Source of the DNA: Nitrososphaerales archaeon
GTDB lineage: Archaea; Thermoproteota; Nitrososphaeria; Nitrososphaerales; UBA213
Direction of reading: 5' to 3'
Assembly: GCA_965197925.1 (NCBI GenBank)
Contig: CBDAOC010000018.1
Span: 290,407-354,406, forward strand
DNA length: 64,000 nt
Translations under genes and position numbers: made by a program
Notes under the pieces: generated by a model
What the model was told of the DNA's origin: nothing
The model's database searches: none
The model's input: only the letters and a program-made list of their open reading frames with translations
Shown: piece after piece, positions 52,627-63,376 of the stretch
How positions within the stretch are numbered: position 1 is the stretch's first letter
How the letters are laid out: each line of letters starts with the position of its first letter

Positions 52627-53721
52627 CTATGTCAGTTTTGGTTTTATTGTTCTTGTAAAATAATCCAAACGTCTCTTCATCTCCTCCTTGAATTGGAATA
52701 TTGCAGTGATGGGCGTAGGATCAATTTTCTGTAATATTCCAAGATATATAGTTGAGTAATCGAGAAGATAGAGTGATGATATTATATTTGCAAGGGGTGT
52801 TGAGCCGTACAAGGGAATATCATTCACTTCATGACCATTTCCTTCCAGGATCTCCTTGAATATATCGAATCTAGTTTTTATCTCCACAGGATCGAATTTA
52901 CTTCTTACAAGTATAGGTTTAAAGATCGGCTTTTCTCGATTTGTATTTTTGTAACCCCATGATACCAGCTCGTTGTGACAGGCATCCAAGAGTTCACTCG
53001 TTATTGCATTTATCTTAGCATTTTCATTCACAGAATTTTTGAACCTTATTCCAACACCCTTTTGTAAGGGGGCACAATAAACTGTTGGTAAACCTTTAAA
53101 CATCCTTTCAGCAAGTTGCTTTGATGGGTTTTCTTCAAAGCTGCATTCTCTACAAATCTTCTTTCTCACATCTATCATTGTTTTAATGGAATCATCTATC
53201 TGAAGCCGTATATCGTGTACGAAAGGCGTGTATGTAAGTAACTTCAGCACAGAAAACAGAATTTCTGGCAGGGTTATACGTGGCAAAAGTCTTTGCTCAA
53301 TCTTTACAAATGGTAACATCTTCTTCTTACAAATGGCTTCCATATTACCTCCATGAGAGATGCCTACAACCTTGGCATTAACAGATGCAGCTTCAATCAG
53401 CGTTGATAATGTCTCTTCAGTATTTCCAGATACACTCATAGCGATGAATAATGTGTTTTGATTAACAAACGCAGGTATATGGTAACCTTTTGTAACGACA
53501 ACGGGAACATTACACTTTAGCTGCATCCAATCTGAAAGAATATCCCCTGTTGTGCCAGAACCTCCCATACCTGAAAAAACAATTGAATTTACATTATCAA
53601 ACAACTTGTCATCTATATTTGTACTTCTCCCAAATGAAATTTTGCAGTATTCAGGCCATTTGTCATACGAATCACAGATAGATGATTTATCAACGGTTTT
53701 TATTTCGTCAGACGTGAGCAT
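52627..53721 (-). CDS. bifunctional phosphoglucose/phosphomannose isomerase
   Basis: GMGGSG, SVSGNTEET, ENAK, HNEL (two SIS domains). Confidence 0.9.
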   Translation of the reverse strand: MLTSDEIKTVDKSSICDSYDKWPEYCKISFGRSTNIDDKLFDNVNSIVFSGMGGSGTTGDILSDWMQLKCNVPVVVTKGYHIPAFVNQNTLFIAMSVSGNTEETLSTLIEAASVNAKVVGISHGGNMEAICKKKMLPFVKIEQRLLPRITLPEILFSVLKLLTYTPFVHDIRLQIDDSIKTMIDVRKKICRECSFEENPSKQLAERMFKGLPTVYCAPLQKGVGIRFKNSVNENAKINAITSELLDACHNELVSWGYKNTNREKPIFKPILVRSKFDPVEIKTRFDIFKEILEGNGHEVNDIPLYGSTPLANIISSLYLLDYSTIYLGILQKIDPTPITAIFQFKEEMKRRLDYFTRTIKPKLT

Positions 53722-53880
53722 GTATATTGCTAATCATGAAGTTGAATAAATCTTATTCTAAAAAAACAAGCCAATATTCATACATTTGACCAAATTAGAG
53801 GTTCGTCTCACAATGTCTGGATTGTTCGTAAATTTATAGAATATTAGGTATTTTCTTACTATTTAATCACCTAAACAATT

Positions 53881-54162
53881 TTACCAAGTGATTTTTAATA
53901 GGATAGAGAGCCCTCCTAATTCTGCAATGTTAATGGCCAATACGTATGGAAGAACAGCTTCTGAAAAGAAAGGAGCCATAGTTACATATGAGTATATACC
54001 TATAGCGTTCTGTATGAGCAAAAGTGAAGCGAAGAAGATCAATCCCAGAGTAAATTGAGCTCTAGAACTGTTGTACGTTTTTGCATACAGAATTATCAAG
54101 CCAACCAATATCCCAACATTGGCTAAACTTACTACTGCACTCGCATCCATTACTATAGACAT
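53881..54162 (-). CDS. small three-TM membrane protein
   Basis: Hydrophobic helices, FTLGLIFFA..L..QN; directly downstream of the wHTH regulator. Confidence 0.75.
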   Translation of the reverse strand: MSIVMDASAVVSLANVGILVGLIILYAKTYNSSRAQFTLGLIFFASLLLIQNAIGIYSYVTMAPFFSEAVLPYVLAINIAELGGLSILLKITW

Positions 54163-54186
54163 TCATGGTTAATAATTCAAATTTGT

Positions 54187-54486
54187 TTATTTACTTTTTT
54201 CCAATTTTTTACATATTTCATCAAAAGCTCCAGCATTAACTTCCAAATATGAGGAGATGAAGAACATAATACCGTACTTCTCTCCTTGCCGCGTAATCAA
54301 ATTGTTCTTTTCAAGTACACCCAAATGATGTTGAATTGACTTGTAATCCAGTCTCATTTCCTCTGCAAGTTGATTTCTGTTAGATGGTTTGTCCCTTAGG
54401 CGCATAATAATTTCAATTCTAGTACCGCCTCCCCTAGTTCCCGCAAATAAATACCAGAATAGCCTCATTGCACCTGAGTCTGGCAT
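54187..54486 (-). CDS. ArsR-like winged-helix transcription regulator
   Basis: WYLFAGTRGG..R, NQLA..LDYKSIQHHL.VL. Confidence 0.88.
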   Translation of the reverse strand: MPDSGAMRLFWYLFAGTRGGGTRIEIIMRLRDKPSNRNQLAEEMRLDYKSIQHHLGVLEKNNLITRQGEKYGIMFFISSYLEVNAGAFDEICKKLEKSK

Positions 54487-54644
54487 CGTTATAAGTGTGA
54501 AGTATGATGATTTAAACTTGGTTTGGAAATAAATTGTATGGTTGTTGAGGGGATTATCATCATATCAAGATACCATTTACATCCATATTACAGGATAATT
54601 ATTGTGCATTTCTATAATAATCAATTAGGAATTTTATCTCCTTC

Positions 54645-55513
54645 TCAAGAGTTCCATTTTGGTCTAAAACCTAGAGATCTTGACATTTGAGCTAGATCTG
54701 TTATTATATCATGTACATAATTTTCGAGTGGATTTTCAATAAATCTAGGTTTTATGGACGTACCTAGAAATTTGTTGATCAATGATACAAAGTTGGTGAA
54801 AGTCGTTCCTATACCTGTCCCGGCATTGAAAATACCGAAATTTATGTTGGGGGTCATTGTCATTATATTTGCATCAACAACATCTCGCACTAATGTAAAA
54901 TCTCTTCTCTGGGTGATATTACCGTAGATTAACAGTGATTTATTCTCCATCATATCCCAAAGGAACTATGATATATTATTGGCAATGCCCCTTATGGTGT
55001 TCATTAAGTCCATACTCACTAAAGTATCTCAATCTCTATGGAAATAAAGTCATTTTCATAGTACGTTTGCGCATCTATCTCCTCGCTGCGAAACGACGCC
55101 TCGTAGAGAGTCTTGGCTGTTATAGGTTGAGTTTCGCTGAATGGCAAAGTGTTATCATTATACATTGAGAATGTGAAGCGTAAATGACCTTCTTTACACC
55201 ATATCAAAAGGGGATTTCATAACATTCATGAAACCAATCAGATTCACTTCCATTCCCAGTTTTGGTTGTTCCTTGAACATTGGAGATAAGCTCTTCACAG
55301 CATAATGAAAGACATAATCACACTGTTTGCATAATCTATTCATACTCAGTACATCCCTTACGGAACCTTTGACAACTTTCACATCATAATCATCAATGTT
55401 TTCTTATGTCCAGGATGAGGATCATCAAGAACAATAACATCATGATCTTTTGATACTCTTTCTGTAATATCTGAACCTATAAAACCTGCACCACCAGTCA
55501 CCAAAAACCTCAT
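54645..55513 (-). pseudogene. NAD-dependent sugar epimerase/dehydratase pseudogene
   Basis: MRFLVTGGAGFIGS at 55513, then fragments in several frames (VFHYA, IYG..TQRRDFT.V.DVV.AN, FNAGTG, LGFRPKW). Confidence 0.88.
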
Positions 55514-55551
55514 AATTCGAGATTCTAGAACTTCGTAATAGAAAGGTAATG

Positions 55552-55989
55552 TCAGCCATAACGTTGTTTTACTGGTTTGAGTTTCGCAATGTGAATACCA
55601 AATGCTATTGGTATAACACCAACGATCAAGAATATTTGTGGAATGATTAAAAGTTCAAAAGATCTATAGGCTTCATTAATGTTACTTGTAAGGGTCGACG
55701 CATAAAACATTCCCAACGGCATCATTATACCATGAGCTATAAGTAAGATGCTAGTCTCCCTTGGCGCATCTCTTTTTGATAAAAAATATGTTATAATGAC
55801 TAACCCAAAACCTGGTAGCGCAAAAAGGAACACGCCAACCAATAGAAGCTGTGAAGGATAAAATATAATATTAAAACCTTCTATAGGACGTGACAGGGCA
55901 TGGTAAAATGATGACAAATATGCCACGAACATTATATGAAGTCCAAGAGAGGCAATTGCTAGTCCAGTCTCGAGTCTAATACTTTTCAT
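55552..55989 (-). CDS. four-TM membrane protein of unknown function
   Basis: 145 aa, four hydrophobic helices, TATA-like sequence upstream. Confidence 0.7.
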   Translation of the reverse strand: MKSIRLETGLAIASLGLHIMFVAYLSSFYHALSRPIEGFNIIFYPSQLLLVGVFLFALPGFGLVIITYFLSKRDAPRETSILLIAHGIMMPLGMFYASTLTSNINEAYRSFELLIIPQIFLIVGVIPIAFGIHIAKLKPVKQRYG

Positions 55990-56352
55990 TGTTACACAAA
56001 ATTGAAGTAGGCCATAAATAAGTTATGAATATTCATTCAATCATAGATATTATTTATTTCTACGCAATTAGATATTCAATATGATAATCTTTGCCTTCTC
56101 ACGAGGAAACGGGTTACTTCCTGATAACTAGTTCTATTAACGGTGGGATCAAATGTACGTATCAACAAGTTACTTAAGAATGAAAGTGTAAAACCACACA
56201 AGGCTTGTGACCAACACGAAAAAATAATTCACGGGGTAGATACAAGAATTCCAAAAAGTCAGAACAAAAAGTAGAACAATATCTAATAACCGCTAAATCT
56301 TATTAGAACGATACTGGTGCTTATTCATCTCGATCTAATTTGATATATATTT

Positions 56353-57443
56353 GAGGCTTGGGCGTAATTTAGTTCGAAACGATAAGATCAGGTTCCAGTT
56401 CATATTGGTAATGTGTTTAGCTCAGACTCGATACTCCTTCGTATATTATTTTTGATTGACGTGATTCTAGTCAAAACCTAATAGGAAAAGGGGTAGACCA
56501 TTCTACTATTCTCCTACAGTTATGGTGAGATGCTTCATCGTTAGAGTATGGATAAGAATACCAAGCAACAATGTGTTACATCAATATTTTTCGATAGATA
56601 TGCCATACAACAGGAAGGTAATGAAGGCATGTGGTCTTAATAGATTACCAGACAGAAGAACATTCGACAGAAGGTCAAGGCCGTATCAATTGACATAAGA
56701 TCAAGGATAGATGTTATGGGTATGCTCTTCATAAAAGATGGGTTGGTAGACCAGCCATAGTATCCGTTGATAGTTCATTGTTGAAAGCAAAGGGACATGT
56801 ATGGCACAAATCTAGCATGAAGAAGAATGAAGTGCCACGCTCGGGTATAGATACAGATGCTCGATGGGGCTACAGCAGAACCAAGGGATGGATATTCGGA
56901 TACAAACTGCATCTAGCATGTAGCACAGGTTCATTGATAGTTCCATTATCAGCTGATTTCACAACAGCTAACATTACTGATAACAAGATGTATGAAAGCA
57001 TAACATCTTCATTGCCTACAGGAATGGTAAAGTATGTTGTAGGAGATGAAGGATATGATGATCACAAGTTATGTGATTTCAGCAGGTATAGAGGGCATCC
57101 AGTATTCCCATTGGAAAGGTATAGGCATACTACAGATAATAATAGACTGGCATTGCTGCAGTTCTATAACTCTGAATATGGGCAGCATTATATTCTCGGA
57201 GGAGCATAAGCGTTGAGCCATTGATAGAGCATATGAAGGATGTATTTACCATAGATCCATTGCCAGTTAGAGGATTTGATAAGGTAAGGAGTATAGTGTT
57301 GTTATCAGTATTGTTGTATCAGGTAATGGTGTACTACAATCATCTAACAGGAAGACCATTAAGGGCATTGAAGCACATGTTGGGAAGTTAATCAATCAGA
57401 GGCATCAAGTTATTTTTGTTATATGGAATAATGCCCATGCCTC
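56353..57443 (+). mobile_element. IS copy B3, full length, multiply frameshifted
   Basis: Both TIRs present; colinear with B1; no target duplication visible. Confidence 0.9.
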
Positions 57444-57741
57444 AATTAAGTATGGGCATATTTACGAAGTATGTGAAAGGCATAGGGTACTTTGCTCTGG
57501 AAAAAAAGCCTATAATTCACATGTACAAAAGGAACATGCTTACTAGCCCTACTATTCTGTACCAAAGGACTCAGAAAAGGATGATGCCTTCCCTATAGAA
57601 ACTTAACTTTTTATAAATATACTTACTTTTTCGAAAATAAAGTTTCAATTTCAAAGGAACAAGAATAAATAACTTATTTACCCTTGTTCTATATTGATTA
57701 TCTAGAAACAAAATGAGTGATCAGTTTTTCTCTCATAATCC

Positions 57742-58383
57742 TTAATTTCGCATAAATGAATAAAATTCTCCAGTAAGAGGATTGGATAACAAAAAGGAAT
57801 CAATTCTTTGATCTGTTATATAATAACTTGAAATTTGACCTATTTCATTAATCATCGTAAATATTCCATTGTTAGTATCAATATTATAAATCCCAACACT
57901 TTGTAAGGGTGCACCACCTATATTTCCTTCCATCTCGTATTCTGTATTATCATATAATATTATCCTCGCAGAGAGAGAGTAACCATAAGAATTTCCACTA
58001 ACATTCCAAGTCCCTTGATAATCTAACATCTGTCGTTCCAAGTCTGGTTGCTCTTTCACATCTTGTTTTTTCAGATCATCTATTTGTTGTTGTAGATTTT
58101 CTAATTGTTCTTGACTATCTCTTGTTTGTTGTTTCTTCAAGTCATCTAACTGTTGCTGTAGATGTTCTCTTTGTGTGGGCTCCAAATCGTCTAGAGAGCT
58201 AGGTTCTAATTGTTGTATTTTATTTTCAGAATGTACTGGCGCTTCTCCTCCTAATGCACCAACCTTTACTGAGGTCGGAGTAACTTCGACGAAGGTTATA
58301 TCTGGTACTACAACTAGAATCATTGCTAATGCAACTAATATAACAACACTACCAACAATAGCTATTCCTAACGTTCGTTCCAT
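57742..58383 (-). CDS. membrane-anchored protein with coiled-coil repeat and beta-rich C-terminal domain
   Basis: N-terminal TM; LQQQLDDLKKQ / LQQQIDDLKKQ; GTW-led aromatic beta-strand domain. Confidence 0.7.
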   Translation of the reverse strand: MERTLGIAIVGSVVILVALAMILVVVPDITFVEVTPTSVKVGALGGEAPVHSENKIQQLEPSSLDDLEPTQREHLQQQLDDLKKQQTRDSQEQLENLQQQIDDLKKQDVKEQPDLERQMLDYQGTWNVSGNSYGYSLSARIILYDNTEYEMEGNIGGAPLQSVGIYNIDTNNGIFTMINEIGQISSYYITDQRIDSFLLSNPLTGEFYSFMRN

Positions 58384-58756
58384 ATATTTTTGAAATAGTA
58401 GATGGTAAAAAACATTTCCTGTTATTAGCTAAAGTATTTTTTAGAACCAATGAATAAGATCATGATACTTTTTTCACTTCTATACGTTATGTGAGCAATT
58501 GTAACATTTTTGCCCTACGATTTTGACATCTTCTATTTAATTTATAACATAAAAATATGCTATAATACTGCAAGTATATACTTCTTAGAATACTCAAAAA
58601 ATGAAGTGTGTTCAACCAAAATCAATATAGACATCTGTAAAATAAGCAGTTTTGAATTTATACTGAATAAGACCTTATAGCACTTTTTATACTTATATTA
58701 ATTGAAAAAAGAGCATGACTTAGCTTATAATGAACTGACTGACCCTTTGAACCAGT

Positions 58757-59388
58757 ATGCGATTCACAGACAGGAATGATGCTGGGTTATAGCTAGTAGC
58801 AAAGTTATCCGGAATGAAAAATGAAAACATAACAATTCTTGCTATACCACGAGGAGGTATAGTTGTTGTTGATGTTGTTGCAAAGTCACTAGATGCACTA
58901 CTAGATGTTGTTGTGCCAAGAAAGCTTAGTGCACCACACAATTCAGAATTGGTAATAGCTGCTATAATGCTTGATGGCAGCTCTTACATTAATGAATATG
59001 TGATCAAAATATTGGGCATAAAACAGGGAAAAGTGTTCCCAGATATTGAGGTCCAGACCGAAGCAGGACGCAGGTTAGTAGTTTTCCATGGAAGCGGTAA
59101 ATATGATTTGAAGGATAAAACCATTGTAATAATTGATGATGGTATAGCTACCGTTGCAACAACGATGGTAGCAATAACATGGATCAAAAAACAAAAAACC
59201 TAGGATGGTAATACTTGCAATATCTGTTGCTCCAAGCCAAGTGGTTAGAAAATTTAAAGAAATTGTTGATAGAACTCTGGTTTTTACATACGCCATCAGA
59301 ATTTAGCACTTTTGGTGAATTCTATGAGGATTTTGCTTAGATAAGTGATGATGAAGTAATAAAAATAATAAGAGATTATAAAAAATAA
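58757..59388 (+). pseudogene. phosphoribosyltransferase-family pseudogene
   Basis: MRFTDRNDAG then in-frame TAG (58790); AIPRGG, RKLSAP.NSEL, IIDDGIAT; frameshifts near 59200 and 59285 and a further TAG before ISDDEV. Confidence 0.88.
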
Positions 59389-59473
59389 TAATTCTTAAAG
59401 AACGACTGATTCGTCTTCTCTATAGTTTAGTTATTAGCTTTTAATACAAAAAATATAGTAATAGAAAATTATG

Positions 59474-60775
59474 CTATCGTTGTTCTATAGCTGATTTGTC
59501 CAAATAATCAGAATGAAGCCTTTGCACTTTGATTTTTAAGGGAGCATTTTGTTTCACTTCTTCCACACTAATAACTACATTGCTTATTGTTACCTTGTCT
59601 CCTTGCTTCGGAATATCATGAAGCTTTTCGTGAAGGAAGGCATTAAGTGTGGAGTAATCTTCTCCTTTGGGTATATGGATGTTTAGTGCTTCGTTTACAT
59701 CATCAATTTCAACATCTCCATGCACTATTACTGTATTCTTATCTACTGTAACAATCAATAGCCTATCTATATCTGTCTCGTCAACAATCTCTCCTACAAG
59801 TTCCTCTATTATATCTTCAAGAGTAACCAATCCTTCTGTTCCTCCGAACTCATCAACAACAATAGCCATGTGCATCCGCCTGCTCTGAAATTCCTTAAGA
59901 AGTTCGCTGATCCTTTTTTCCTGAGAGACAAATAATGGCTTTCGTGCTATGTCCTTCAACATAGCATCCATATTTTTGTGCTCCAACTCTCGAAGAAGGT
60001 CCCTGTTATGAACGATTCCAACGACATTGTCTTTAGTTCCTTCTATTATCGGGACGCGGGAATATACCCCCTTGTTTATAAGGGGGATCGATTCCCGAAT
60101 TAACGTATGTGCATTAAGCACATACATGTTCTTTCTAGGAGTCATGACGGCTCTAACAGGTATATCATAAAACTCTAGAACCTCATCGATGAGTTTCTTT
60201 TCTTCTTTCAGCAATATTTTTTCTTCTACACCAACGTCTATGAATGCTTTTACCTCCTCTTCGCTAATTGGTGGAGGATGTTCTTGTGTTCCCATTACCT
60301 TAAAGATTCCTTTAGTAATTAATTCGAACATTTTTACTATTGGGAATATAACATATTCATGCACCATCATAACTCCTGCCCATCGGAGTGATATGGATTC
60401 GGCATGTGCATTACAGTATGCTTTTGGGGTTATCTCTCCAAACACGAGTAATAGGAAGGTCATTATTCCAATCGCATAACCAACGCCTAAATCACCAACC
60501 AAGATTATTGCTAGGTTGGTCGCAATTGCAGCTGCTGCTACGTTCACCAGATTATTACCAATTAATAATGTTGTCAACATCCTACTAGGATTTGATTTTA
60601 ATTTTTGAAGGGATTTCGCTCCCCGCCTATTTTCATTTAGAAACCTTTTTAGCTGCCCTTTACTTATAGACACAAAAGCTACCTCGAGACCGCTGTAAAA
60701 TCCGGAGAGCACTATTAATCCAATCAATGCAGCTATTGGTAATGCTATATCAATCGGTAATGCTATATCAACCAT
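59474..60775 (-). CDS. CNNM/CorC-like (DUF21-CBS-CorC) membrane protein
   Basis: SGFYSGLEVA, LIGNNLVN, FGEITPK, VMTPR, YSRVP, VDEFGG..GLVTLEDIIEELVGEI.DE. Confidence 0.93.
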   Translation of the reverse strand: MVDIALPIDIALPIAALIGLIVLSGFYSGLEVAFVSISKGQLKRFLNENRRGAKSLQKLKSNPSRMLTTLLIGNNLVNVAAAAIATNLAIILVGDLGVGYAIGIMTFLLLVFGEITPKAYCNAHAESISLRWAGVMMVHEYVIFPIVKMFELITKGIFKVMGTQEHPPPISEEEVKAFIDVGVEEKILLKEEKKLIDEVLEFYDIPVRAVMTPRKNMYVLNAHTLIRESIPLINKGVYSRVPIIEGTKDNVVGIVHNRDLLRELEHKNMDAMLKDIARKPLFVSQEKRISELLKEFQSRRMHMAIVVDEFGGTEGLVTLEDIIEELVGEIVDETDIDRLLIVTVDKNTVIVHGDVEIDDVNEALNIHIPKGEDYSTLNAFLHEKLHDIPKQGDKVTISNVVISVEEVKQNAPLKIKVQRLHSDYLDKSAIEQR

Positions 60776-60893
60776 CTTTCTAGATGAAAATAATCACCCA
60801 TTTGTAATAAATAAAGGTTAGCTATGATTTAGATTGGGTCTCATGAACATCGTTGAAGATTGTTGTGTATAATATCAAATATTTTATTCTCAA

Positions 60894-61940
60894 TTATCGG
60901 AATTCTTCCATTAGGATTTTCTTTTGCTTATTCATATTAAAAAGTCTATCAGTTCTATTAATTGCTTCTTCTCTATTACGCTTAAATGCCATTGCCTGTA
61001 GCAGCATATGATTTTCAGGTATCACCATACCTGTTTGATCATCAGAATAGACTATCTTTAAAGTATCACCCTGAAGCTTAAACACATCAGCATGTATATG
61101 GACTGCGTTGGTATCACCGTGAGGAAACCCTAATTCTTTTGCTTTATTTCTGACACTTGCAGTTCCTTTCGCACTTTGAAGAACAACAATACCAAATTCC
61201 TTTTCTAATAAATCCATTGCTTCGTCAATACTAGGAGAGTAACCTTTTTTGAATCTAACATAAAGCTGGTGCAAGTGCATCATCCTTGAGGGTACCTTAT
61301 AAACATCAACGTATAATGGAGGCTTTTCTATAAAATCAGCTACATCGTCCTGATGATGCGGGTTACTGGTCCACTCTATCGAATCCTTTATTTCTTTTTT
61401 ATCCTCGAGATCGGCCCATCGTCTGATAAGCGTGGCATCAAACCTCTCTATAGCATCTCCATACTTCTCTATTAATGGTTGCATAACCCTTCCCAAACCA
61501 GTCACATTACAACTACCCTGTATGACATATTTTTTACCGAAACTTTTTTCATAATTTACTCGTGAATTATGGATCATATCGGCAACGCTTCTCTCCCCAT
61601 TCCTGTCCTCCCCACCTTGAAATATTGCTGTCTTTGACATTGGTAAGTAATATTTTACTTTATTTGCAAATCCCAAACCTTCCTTAGCTGCATCTACAAC
61701 GATATCACTCTGCTCAATAGCATCCCTCACTGTTCCCGTAATATTATAACCATCGAAAGCAGCAATATTATCATCTGGAACATATATGCTAAAGTTCTGG
61801 TCTAGGGCTTCCCTTATTCTTTCATCAGGAGTATATTTTGATATACCTAAAAACTTGAATTCCTTATCTACAGATAATGCGCTCGCAAGTCTCCTCCCTA
61901 TGTTACCAAAACCATTAACAAATACAGTAACCAAATCCAA
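60894..61940 (-). CDS. gap: archaeal type II glyceraldehyde-3-phosphate dehydrogenase
   Basis: NGFGNIGRR, IFQGGE, SCNVTGL, RRWAD, MHLH, VIPEN. Confidence 0.93.
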   Translation of the reverse strand: MDLVTVFVNGFGNIGRRLASALSVDKEFKFLGISKYTPDERIREALDQNFSIYVPDDNIAAFDGYNITGTVRDAIEQSDIVVDAAKEGLGFANKVKYYLPMSKTAIFQGGEDRNGERSVADMIHNSRVNYEKSFGKKYVIQGSCNVTGLGRVMQPLIEKYGDAIERFDATLIRRWADLEDKKEIKDSIEWTSNPHHQDDVADFIEKPPLYVDVYKVPSRMMHLHQLYVRFKKGYSPSIDEAMDLLEKEFGIVVLQSAKGTASVRNKAKELGFPHGDTNAVHIHADVFKLQGDTLKIVYSDDQTGMVIPENHMLLQAMAFKRNREEAINRTDRLFNMNKQKKILMEEFR

Positions 61941-63376
61941 GTTAACAACGATTAATACTAGATATAATATTTACTATTTAGAATTCAATATTTGGTATAG
62001 GTGAGAGTGATTCTTTCCTGGTTTTACACCGGTTATCCATACACAATTGTCGAGCTTGTAATGTGTGATTATTTCTTCTCCTAGGATTAGTGCTGTATTG
62101 ATGCAGTGGGTGCAATATCCATCGGATTCTTTCCATTAGCATCCTTTTTCTTTGCTTGGTTATCTATAATCCAATGCTTACCTCTGTATTTTCATTTTTT
62201 TTGTACAACTCCGGTTGTTATACCTGATATTTACCTCAATGCAACTATGACAAGCATATTCTTTCCACGCTCGTTCAACAATACATGGTAACACTTTGCT
62301 TACCCACTATTGTTAAGATAACTAATTTTTCACCGCGTCACTTTTCTGGTCACCATGATTACTACTCCCAACTAACACGGAAGATAATATTTTCCCTTTT
62401 ATCGATCTGTTCATCATTAATATACAAGTTAACATCTTCCGATAGATGTGTATAGTAACTTCCTTCATTAGGGGATTATAGTAGTATATGTCCAAAGTCT
62501 TGATAGGAAATTCATCACATGTATAATATTTCTCTGCTTGGGGATGGAATTTGATATTAGTATCCCATATCTGCATACTGTAAACAAATACTCTTAACAT
62601 CAATGATCTTCCATTTGCGGTCATAGACGCTTTTCCAATGATTGCTGAAATCCCTTACCAGCTTTTGTAAAATATGAGTCGGCTTCTCTCTATTTCTTCT
62701 GTCCGCTTTTGTAAATGCTTCCCAATCTAGCTTTCTATTAATAATCTTGTGAGGAATTTAGCCGCAGCCGCTGCAAGTTAGTTTCTCCGATTCGTATAAT
62801 AATATTATTTTACCACTGCAACACCTAGGGCACCTATTATTTGAAATAAGCATATGTGAGAAAAAGAATATTGTATAAGAACTATAGCATCATTAATGTC
62901 ATTCCCGAAGTGTTCTAATTTCCTCAATTGGTGGAATAGTTCTTCGATCCACGGTGTTAGCCTAATTTAATCTGGTATAGAAGATCAATATGGTGGATCA
63001 TTTTTTGGTTTTTGCTGCTGGATCATCTAGATCGTCTTACCTTGTAGTGAAAATACTTCGTCAGTTATTACACATCCAAATATCTTATAATCCAAAATCC
63101 GTTCTATATCTAACATAATTTTTTTTCTAGACCTGCCATAACAGTGAATATCAGTATATTCGTCAGAATACAATCTCTCCAAAAAATACCAAATTATATT
63201 GCTAGAGATTCAAGACCTTTATAGAAGTGAATTGCCTCTCATGGTTCGATAAATTTTTCAATATTAAGGCTATAAAGATAAATAAATGTAAAATCTTGTA
63301 ATTGATCATATTTCTGTTAGAGAACTAAAGAAATTGTCTAAATAGATATATATGACAGCTAAAGGATTGATGTCCA

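Noticed and set aside
57491..57505. 15-bp match TTTGCTCTGGAAAAA to the minus strand near 9620
   Set aside because: Short, low complexity and not extendable; likely chance
58790..58792. In-frame TAG as possible pyrrolysine or readthrough
   Set aside because: The same gene also has frameshifts and a second stop; ordinary decay
1764..60588. Many 60-180 aa ORFs antisense to or overlapping known genes (e.g. 16070-16549, 36305-36805, 47031-47573)
   Set aside because: Shadow frames of well-supported genes with no motifs of their own
62000..63250. Possible alkaline-phosphatase-superfamily relic (SSNHG and DIAPT-like fragments; ORF 62322-62624)
   Set aside because: Motif matches are too short and degraded to call without a translated homology search
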